Source: Eledone cirrhosa (Eukaryota). Taken from it: a DNA stretch of 64,000 nt. Below the pieces are notes generated by a model that did no database searches, had not been told where the DNA came from, and saw only the letters and a program-made list of their open reading frames with translations. This document shows positions 54,131 to 64,000 of the stretch, piece after piece. The first letter of the stretch is position 1. The number at the start of each line of letters is the position of its first letter. The stretch spans positions 322,276,001 to 322,340,000 of the forward strand of contig OZ024740.1 in NCBI GenBank assembly GCA_964016885.1, in the 5' to 3' direction. A program made the position numbers and the translations under genes.

Positions 54131-55038
54131 ACGTGCAGAGGACCTGCGCAGACTGGAAAGGAACGAAGCATGCATGCTCCGTTGGATGTGTAATAGTAAT
54201 ATACGTGAACGGCAAAGCATGAATGAATTGAGAGAGAGACTGAGCATAAGAGGAATCAAATGCTGTGTGCAGGAGAGGAGGTTGCATATGTAATAGTAAT
54301 ATACGTGAACAGCAAAGCATAAATGAACTAAGTGAGAAATTAGGAATAAGAGGGATCAGATGCTGTTTACTTGAGAGAAGACTACGTTGGTATGGCCACG
54401 TGATGTGCATGAAAGACGACAGCTGTATAAAAAAGTGCAGGGCGATCAAAATTGATGATAGTTACGGAGTAGGTAGACCGAGAAAAACCTGGGACGATCT
54501 GATAAATTCCAAACTTACACACTTGTACCTCTCTAAGACAATGTCACTGGACCGAGATCTTTGGCGCTACGCAGTAATACAGAAGACCCGCCTTGCCTAT
54601 GTACAAAGCGAAATCTACAGTTAGTAGGTACCTCTTAACCAAAAATACACCCCTGTCCCACTACCCTTACCCTATCCTCCCACTCCCACCAACACCACCC
54701 TCTCTCTGTAACGTTGGTACCACAACATCCAGTCCAAATAAATGAGATAATGAGATCAAGATCGTGTAGGTGTCACGACAAAAAAAAAACAAAAAAAAAA
54801 CACAGTCCATGCTGTAATGTGGCCGTGTAGGTAACATGGTAAAAACCTCCCAGTTCCACACTGTAAATGGGGTTGGTGTTAGGAAGGGCATCCAGCCGTA
54901 GAAAACCTGCCAGATAGTCCTATATGAGCGAGACAAGGTCACCCGACCTACCTTGCCTCAAGTGGGCCAACTCCCGTCTAACCCATGCTAGCGTGGAAGA
55001 TGGATGTTAAACGAAGATGATGATGATGATGATGATGA
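54131..55038 (+). mobile_element. RTE 3' end with internal duplication, nested in the hAT transposase
   Basis: Interrupts RQLCQDNDE|EFVELLLHNEVRW; the CNSNIRE..CC segment occurs twice. Confidence 0.9.
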
Positions 55039-56772
55039 ATTCGTCGAGTTGCTCCTTCATAATGAAGTGAGGTGGCTTTCAAAGGGCAAGTGCCTTACTC
55101 ACTTCTTTGAACTGTTCGACTCTATCATTGAGTTTCTGCGCGGACGCAACACAGAACTGTACAAGAAAACCCTCGATGTGAGGCAAAACTGTGCCTACCT
55201 CACCGACATCGTCGACAAATGCAATAGCGTCATTTTGGCTTTGCAGGGGAAGAAGATCACCTTGCTTAAAGCAAGGAATGTCGTGAAAACATTCCTGGCC
55301 AAATTGAATGTCATTGAAAGGAATCTTTGTTGACGGGAATTCTATAATTTTCCTAGTGTCGCCAATGTTCAAAACATTGTAAACGATGACCAACTCCAAA
55401 TTTATACCGCTCACCTCCGTGCGCTACAAGACAGCATGAGAGAACGGTTTGTCGACCTTTTGCCAATGGACATCCCAATGTGGGTAGCAGATCCCTTCAC
55501 AGCTAACGTCGATGATTTGGATGTTATATTTCAGGAAGAATTCATTGAACTTCAAGCAGATGACATGATCAAAATTAGATTTCCCAAAATAGGTGAACCC
55601 CTTTTTTTGGATGCAAGAGGAAATTCAGCGTCGATTTCCACACCTACATGCAGAGGCTAAGAGATTTGCTCTGCCTTTTCCAAACTCATACTTAGTCAAG
55701 AGGAGGTTTGATGCTGTTTCCAGACTGCACAGTAAGGCTCGCAACCACTACAATGTAATTACAGGTGGGGATCTCCGGCTACATCTTACAAAAATCCAGC
55801 CTGACGTCAAAGAGTTAGCTAGACTCCATAAAGTTCAAGGGTCCCATTGAAATGAGGTCAAAGTTAAAGTAAGTTGATTTATCTGAAAACTTGGATATGC
55901 TATTGTTACAAAGCAAACTAACAATTTTTTTTATTTGTAGTTGCAGTCTGACTGGACTGGAAACCATCTACTACAATTCACTTACTCATTTAATGTATAT
56001 ATTTTACCATTTACTAATGAATATACCCTCTTACGTGGTCATGAAAACCCTCTTCCGTGGTCTCTAAGCTCACAAAGCAGAGGGGACATCAAGTTAGATA
56101 TCAACATTTATTCTGTCCGTTTCATTAAAGGGAAAATTGGAAAGCTTTGAAATGATATAATTGCCACTTTCTTCCAGATAAGAGCACTCTTTGGATAGAC
56201 AGAGTTGCTCTTGTATAAATGTTCAAACTAGTTGGTATCGCCTGGTGGGAATATAACAAATTCAACTAGTCCTTATTCATAAAAAAGAACATTTATGTTC
56301 CTTTTTTTGAAATTTATATATTTCCTTTCAAGGAATGTATTTATACTCTCAGCTGCACAGATATCAACAAATCAGTAGTATATTGAAAAATGGAAAAATG
56401 GGGGGGGGGGGGGGGGCGTTTCGTAATTTCGAGGGACAAAAGGGGCGTTTGGCCTAAATGGGTTGAGAACCTGTGGACTAAATGACTGCAGCATGACCGC
56501 AGTCAATGACTGAAACAAGTAAAAGAAAAAAGAATATTTCAAGAATGAAACTATTTACTATCTCGATTATGTCTCCCATATTCATCCATACTTACACATC
56601 GTGAACGTCAATTATTTTCGGGACCCGAGTTCGTTAGTTATGCCTTACATTTTGTTTTGAAAGCTCGCATTAACCTTAGCGTTAAGTATTTCAAAAATGT
56701 ATTTGTTGATAACTGCTGGCTTATTTTATATACATACGATATGTGGGATTACTTCCCTCTAGCTATGTAAAC

Positions 56773-56821
<49 letters not shown>

Positions 56822-57043
56822 ACATAGAAACACACACGTCATTCGTCTAACCATCGAGATAGATCCGTACAGTTCTTTAGGTTCAATAAATATAAACGAT
56901 ATGGATGGTTCAAGTAGTGTAAATCATACATATATGTATATGTATCTATAATTTATATATATATGTATAATATATATATATCTGTGCGTGTTTGCCGCTT
57001 GTACTTCATTTACACAACTTATCTCACCACCTGTTTGCCTTAA

Positions 57044-57074
<31 letters not shown>

Positions 57075-57284
57075 CCACCAACAATTTTCAATCAACGTCA
57101 TTAATAATCTATGATTGTATAGCGATGTTTAAGTCTTCTTTCTCACAACAATAATAGTTGTACTAATAACAGATACAATAATTAATAAATTGAAGAATAA
57201 TAAAAGACTGCAAACACTAGAATATTTTTTTAAATAACATAAGGCTGCATGTATACCAATGTGAAATGACACTTCCAATACCTG

Positions 57285-57353
<69 letters not shown>

Positions 57354-57436
57354 TATACACTCACACAGTAATTATGTCGTGCTAGTGCAGTAACTATGCA
57401 CACGGTCACAAGTGTACATATATACAAACACATCCA

Positions 57437-57501
<65 letters not shown>

Positions 57502-57597
57502 CTGTATATATAGAGAAAGGAAATGAGAGAAAGTTAAATATATATATATATATTAGTGTGTGTGTATATATATATATATATACAAATATATATATAT

Positions 57598-57675
<78 letters not shown>

Positions 57676-57770
57676 AATATATATATCTATACAATTATAT
57701 AAAATTATATGTATATATATATATATGGAGAGAGAGTGGGAGAGGAGAATAAGAAAGATGTGAGTGCGTG

Positions 57771-57795
57771 TGACGTGAGCAAGTCACATGACGTG
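57771..57795 (+). promoter_or_regulatory. Candidate ERK promoter module: two TGACGTG sites around a GTCACATGAC E-box
   Basis: TGACGTG at 57771 and 57789; GTCACATGAC at 57783-92; ~420 bp upstream of the ATG. Confidence 0.45.
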
Positions 57796-58209
57796 TTAAG
57801 AACCACTATCACCATCATTAACACAATCAACATGAACATCACCATCATCAGTAACAGCAGTTAAACCATCACCATCATCATCAACAACACCAAGCAACAA
57901 TCACCACCACCATCACCAACAATAACAACAAGCACCACCACCACTATCACCAATAACACCACTACCACCAGCAACAACCTCAATAATACCACCGTCACCA
58001 CCACTACACTCAGCAGTAGCAATAATACCACAACCGTCATCATCACTATCACTAACACAATCAGCAGTAACACCACCACCAGACATTATCAGCAGCAGTA
58101 CCTCCGCCGCCACCATCAAACGACCACGACAATCAGCAGCAACTGTGAGCGTGTGTGTGTGAGTGTTGTTAGTTGATAGTTTAAGAGAGAGAGAGAACCT
58201 TGCTTAAAA

Positions 58210-58328
58210 ATGGCAGCCGGTGGTAACTGGAAGCCTGCTGCCGAGATAGTTCGTGGCCAAGTATTTGAGGTTGGTCCTCGGTATAGCTGTCTCTCTTATA
58301 TTGGTGAGGGAGCTTACGGAATGGTCGT
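58210..58328 (+). CDS. MAPK1: ERK1/2-family MAP kinase, first coding exon
   Basis: [39 protein letters not shown] then a phase-2 GTAAGT donor; matches the ERK N-terminus and Gly-rich loop; exon 2 not found in the window. Confidence 0.95.
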
Positions 58329-58396
58329 GTAAGTACATATATTTATTGTTATTTAATGTCTTAGTCTTAATCTTGTCGGGCTTGATTTGATATGTT

Positions 58397-58480
58397 GTTC
58401 GTGGCCAAATATTTCGAGTTAGGCCCTCGATATAGCTGTCTCTCATATATTGGTGAGGGAGCTTACGGAATCGCCCAAGT
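58397..58480 (+). pseudogene. Diverged tandem duplicate of ERK exon 1
   Basis: VRGQIF, then a 1-nt insertion, then [21 protein letters not shown]; original donor lost. Confidence 0.85.
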
Positions 58481-58711
58481 ACGCAGATTAATCTTATTAT
58501 TTATTGCGTTTATTGTCATCAAAGTCTTAGTCTTGATGATGTCTGTCTGTGTTGACTCTCTTGTTTTCTCCTCTTCCTTTTCCTCCTTCGTTACCATCTT
58601 TCTCCTCTGAAATCAGATTTGGAACACGCACTGACATATATATGTATATATATACACGCACACACACAGACACATGTACGTGCTAAGAAATATACACTAT
58701 ATAATAAACAC

Positions 58712-58772
<61 letters not shown>

Positions 58773-59405
58773 CAATTATAAAATTTGTGATATACAGACA
58801 GACACTATATATATGCATATATACAATATGCACACATGTATATAAACTCATATATATACGTATGCAATATACGCATACTCAATACACACATGCATATATA
58901 TGTAACTTCTTGGTTCTTAACTCTTTTATCTACACACACACACTATATATATATATACACACACATAGACAGACAGACAGTAAGTGCATTAGAGAGTGAG
59001 TGCTTGTGATATGTAACAACGTCTTGGTTCTTAATTCTTACTTCTATCTATCTCTACACAATGTTGTCTTTCTCCTATCTCATTATGGTGCTAATTAATT
59101 TCAATGTTGATCACCTTGTCTTAATTACCCTCACCTTCTAATGTCTAACGTTGTCACCAAAATCGAAGATTTCCCTTTCTCTTGACACTTGGAACAATAT
59201 CATAAAATATTGCTCATCGTTTCACATTAATCTCCATATTTTTCATCAAATCAGACACAGGTTTTCTTTTTTTTTTCAACGAAACCACTCATTTATTATT
59301 TAGCAAGGAGAGCCTATTGCAGTTATATGTATGTATATGTGTATATATGTATGTTTGTATATATACGTATGTGTATGTATATATTGTAATTGTAATGTAT
59401 ATATG

Positions 59406-59446
<41 letters not shown>

Positions 59447-59777
59447 AACATATATAAAGGATTTTGTGTGTGCGTATATCTATGTTAGATTGTCTAATGT
59501 GCGTGTGTATGTCGACAGTGTGTCTGCTCGTATTGTCTCTGTTGTCTGTCTTTCTCTTTCTCTCTCTCTCACATGTGTGTGTGTGTGTTATATATATATA
59601 GTGAAAAATTGAACGGGAACAAAACAGGCAGTACGAACAAATGTTTATTAGTTTCACGCTCTTGAGAGTGGGGTGGTACACACACACATATATGATTGTG
59701 TAGTGTACGTATATCTATCTATATATTGGATTATGTTATGTATATATATGTAATATCTACACACACTTCTTGATCCT

Positions 59778-59821
59778 AAGTTGCCTGAGCATTGGGAACG
59801 GGAAACTCGGAGTAGCGACTT
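59778..59821 (+). ncRNA. Hammerhead motif with G8>C core mutation, in ERK intron 1
   Basis: AAGTTGC-CTGAGCA-TTG GGAA CGG-GAAA-CTCGGAG-TA-GCGACTT; 7-bp stem I. Confidence 0.6.
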
Positions 59822-60159
59822 GAATGTATGTATATAGTAGAATGGTATTTCCACATTACTGTGATTGCAGTATTAAGCGAAAGTACTCAATACGGTGGAA
59901 TAATATTTATTCAAGCTGAATCAGTGGGGTGTGACTATGAGTAGTTACTGAGTTTGATGACCCTGAGGCTGTGTGAGTGTTTACTTTGAGTTTCTGAACG
60001 TGAAACTCCGAGTAGTATGTATGTATACACATAGTGATTACACTTTCGTCCATAATCCTGTTTTGTTTTGCTTGAAATCTGTTAAGATAATTTATAAATT
60101 CTGCATTATTGAATTCATTTTGTTTCGTATTAAATAATTAAATGTATGTACGTACGTAC

Positions 60160-60322
<163 letters not shown>

Positions 60323-60547
60323 TGTGTGTTTATATGTGTATGTAAGGGTGTCGCAAAAGTCACTTGACCATTTTAAAATAACTTTTTTTACAAATATTTT
60401 CAATTAAAACGGGTTCTAAATGGTCTAGGGACTTTTGGGTCACACTATGTAAATATATATATAAACATATATATGTGTGTGTGTGTATTAAATATCTATA
60501 TGCCTCAAATAATTTGACCGGTGTCTGCCCTTCGATGTAATAATATC

Positions 60548-60579
<32 letters not shown>

Positions 60580-60604
60580 ATGAGTGAGAGAGAGGGAGAG
60601 AGAT

Positions 60605-61205
60605 CCACACCTTCATCCTTCTCTACCTTTGTCCGGCCCCACCTTGAATACTGTTGTCGACTGTGGTCTTCTCATATGAAACAGTGTTATGAAAATTGAA
60701 GCACTCCAGGGGTCAATTACAAAAAAAGGTAGCTGGTATGACAGGCATTGACTATTGGAGTTGACTAGAAAAACTCAAACTCTACTCTCTCCAATGCTGC
60801 CATGAGCACTACACCATCTACATGATGTGAAAAATATTCCATCAATATTACCCAAATGATGTTAGCATCACCCTTAAAATCCACCCAAGGCTTGGTCCCC
60901 ATGCTGTCTGACCACTACAAAAATCAAACTTGCATCTCATAGAAACGACATAACTACTTCACTCCAACAGGCCCCAATCTCTTTAATATACCAAAACACA
61001 TCAAGACAGAAATAGATCCTATAATATACCCATATAAGTTTCCTGGACAAATTCCTCCAAGAAATCTCGGATAAACCCCTAACACCTGGATATGTCTTCG
61101 AAAATAACAGAGATGACCACTGTGTCCTAATTGGGAATAAGTTGTGAACCCATAATCTGAAAGACTTTACCAGTCAACACGGGCCGAAAACTATCAAAGT
61201 TACAT
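60605..61205 (+). mobile_element. CR1-group LINE 3' fragment
   Basis: FVRPHLEYCCRLWS..IDYWS.LEKLKLYSLQ motifs. Confidence 0.75.
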
Positions 61206-61440
61206 ATATATACACACAGATGACGAAGGACTGTAACAAGTGGAGAGATGCTGTGCTGAATAGGACCCGTCCAACCCTTGCAAGCAGGGAAAAGCGGATG
61301 TAAAATGATGATGATTATATATATATATGAAACTTTGATAGTTTTCGGCAAGTGTTGGCTCAAATAGCACCACCTGGTAAAGTCTTTCAGACTATGGGTT
61401 CACAACTTATTCTTGTTTAGGAATAAGGACGATGATGATA

Positions 61441-61480
<40 letters not shown>

Positions 61481-61689
61481 TTATCATCATCGTTCTTACG
61501 TTCGTTTTTCCTTGCGTTGGTTTATATATATATAATGTTTATATATATATATAATGTTTATATATATACTCTTTTACCTGTTTCAGCCATCCGGCTGAGG
61601 CCATGCTGAGGCACCGTATATATATATTTAAATTTTAGTATGGCCCCTAGGTACTTGGACTTTTTCACCTGCTTTAGTGGAATTCCACT

Positions 61690-63130
61690 CGCATGTAGAG
61701 TGCACTGCACAGGCATCTTTGAGAGGGCAAGTATTTCAGACTCTGCGGCCAGGTATGTTTAAAGCCTGGCTCTACCAGCATAGTCTGCTGCCGAGACTCA
61801 TATGTCTGCTAACTGTGTATGAGATTTCTATATGAAGGGTGGAGATAGTGTAGAGGAAAATCAACAAATAAGTCTGACAGTGTTTGAGAATCCCTCCAAA
61901 CGACACTAACGTTGGCCTCTACGTAAGATCAGGACAGCTCAAGCTTCACCTGTCATCTGTGGTGGAGGAATTCAAGGTGGCAAAACACAGACTTGATGAT
62001 GATGTTTAAAGCTGCACAGGATGCACAAGTCAGAGATGCTGGTGTCACTACAAGATCAGGACACAAATGGACAGTTGATGCTTCTGTCACACAAGGAGAG
62101 AGCATGCTGAAGCCATGGGACATCATCAGAATAACATGCTCAGGAAGAGAAGGTCATGGAATTTCCCATTTTCAACTATGAGGAAAAACAGACAAAAAGG
62201 AGAGGAGAGTCTTGATCCAGGAGGAGGAAGGGTGAAAATCAAAGACTATGGAACTAGCAGCATCTAAGGGAGCTTGGACTAAATGGAACTTCCTTAGGAG
62301 GAAGATTACTTAGGGCAGATCGGTATGTTATGTTACTGACCTCAACAAATCTGCACAAGTGGGGGCATGAGGGAGAAGAAATTGTATTGGTTCTGTGGAA
62401 AAAGAAGCACCATGGCATGGACACATTTTATCAGGATGTAAAACAACTCTTGTTCGAGGGAGATATACATGGTGACAAGATAAGGTGCTCACCGTGCTTG
62501 CCAACACTCTGGACCAAGAGAGACGCAGGGAAGACTAAACACAGGAAACTGACACCATCAATATTGTTTGTGAAAGGAGGAGAAAAACCATCTACCACAG
62601 TTAGAACAGGTGACCTACTACAATTGGCCCAATCATGGGTTGACCTGGGATTTAGGTGGAAGTACCCCAAGGTTATTAAAAATGTAGTTCTTTGAGCTGA
62701 AAGGATGAAACAGATAATCATAATTGAACTCAGTCTCGTGGTAAGAAGAGTGCTGCAACACCTTTGGGTGCAGAGTGCCAAATATAAAGACTTCTGCAGT
62801 AGTGATCGAAGAAAGGTTGGCAGGCCTGGCTATTTTTAGTCGAGGTGGGCTACAGGGGATTCCAGGCTCACTTGGTATAGAGAATACTCATTGCCATTTG
62901 AACGACAAGAAGAAAGAAGAAGGCAGCTGTTCACAGGATGGGGGAGGCAGCAGAAAGGCCCTTTGGTGGCCTTGGAGCAAGAGAGAGGAGATAAGCTGGA
63001 ATCGAGGAGGTGAAGATGGGCAGTAATTTGGCCAACACATCTGAATCATCAGTGAGAGGGTGTTACAGTTGAGAGGTGAAACACCCAATGAATGTTGGAC
63101 ACTGTCTGATGACATCAATGCCTACTGACC
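61690..63130 (+). mobile_element. Decayed HERO-like RLE non-LTR retrotransposon
   Basis: FKAWLYQHSLLPRL, SSVVEEFKVAK, TRSGHKW..SVTQGES, HILSGC-like zinc knuckle, IIIIELS. Confidence 0.8.
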
Positions 63131-64000
63131 AAGTCTATGTTCACTAAAGGTGGAATAATATATATATATACACACACACACATATATGTTAGTTAAGTGT
63201 GTACAAACAGTTACAGACGGCACACTGTTCAAAGTACTCAATGTTGTTATGAGGTCCGTTTCATTTGGGTTGTATTCCAGAGTTACGGCTGTAGTGTGCA
63301 GAGTGTAAATAGATTTAAAAGATTAAAGTCAGTATTGCAGCTTATGTACTTTATTTGCATATTACAATTGTTTTGGTATCGATCAGCTCAGGGTACAGTC
63401 AAGTCACAATCTTGTCAGATATGTGAGCTTATATGTGCAAAGACATGTATCTTTGCACATATAAGCTCGCATATCTGTTGAGATGTCAAAAAAGAGTCAG
63501 GCACTGTCACCTTGATTATACCCTGAGCTGATTGATATTGAAATAATTATAATATAAAGTTTGTACATATGCTACAATACTGGCTTTGAATGTTTTAGGT
63601 GTCATGACAAAAAGCACCCAGCCTACACTGTAATGTCGTTGTGTAGGAGTCACAACAAAAAGCACCCAGTACACACTGTAATTGTGGTTGGTGTTAGGAA
63701 GAGCATCCAGCTGTAGAATCCAAGCCAGAAACAGTTCTATATGAGCAAGACACAGTCACCTGACCCAATTTGCTTCAAATGGGACAACCTGTCTAACTCA
63801 TGCTAGCGTGGAAAATGGACATTAAACGATGATGATGATGGCAACCAGCTCCATTTAATCTGACTGAATCTCTAATGAGACCAACCGTACTCATGGATGT
63901 TATCCCACCATCATGCTTCGGCTCTACCCCTTGGTGTCCTGCCTGTTGGTTTTACCCATAAAATCTGTCTAGCGATTCTTTCCCTCGAGACATTCTAACA

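Larger units (their letters stand above)
53149..56475 (+). mobile_element. hAT (Buster/Charlie-type) DNA transposon, internally deleted
   Basis: TIRs CAAAGGTTCTCAAC / GTTGAGAACCTGTG; 8-bp TSD GACTAAAT on both sides; HCVIHRQHLAAK, EVRWLSKG, FPNSYLV, GDLRL transposase motifs. Confidence 0.92.

Noticed and set aside
63055-63120. GAAACACCC..CTGATGA at the end of the HERO-like element
   Set aside because: Cannot be folded into a hammerhead with a valid UH cleavage site; treated as LINE 3' UTR

Overview
AT-rich, repeat-dense animal genomic DNA. The mix of RTE LINEs with (GAT)n tails, tRNA-head SINEs and very abundant (TA)n/(CA)n microsatellites looks like an octopod cephalopod genome (inference). 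The only host gene I can recognise is the first coding exon of ERK/MAPK1 (58210-58328, +), with a decayed tandem copy of that exon just inside intron 1. The rest is mostly decayed transposons: RTE, CR1-like, HERO-like and R4/Dong-like LINEs, a Chapaev3 and a hAT/Buster DNA transposon with intact TIRs and TSDs, a solo LTR, MITEs, SINEs and large satellites. The most striking signal is about 15 minimal type I hammerhead ribozyme motifs from many unrelated sequence families. They sit in short non-coding islands bounded by (TA)n, and three times they occur as head-to-head fold-back pairs. This looks like a large, diverse population of Penelope-like/retrozyme-type ribozyme elements. Most long ORFs in the track are microsatellite artefacts. 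A few unique-sequence islands could be exons of an unidentified gene, but I cannot assemble it. All alignments and folds were done by eye.
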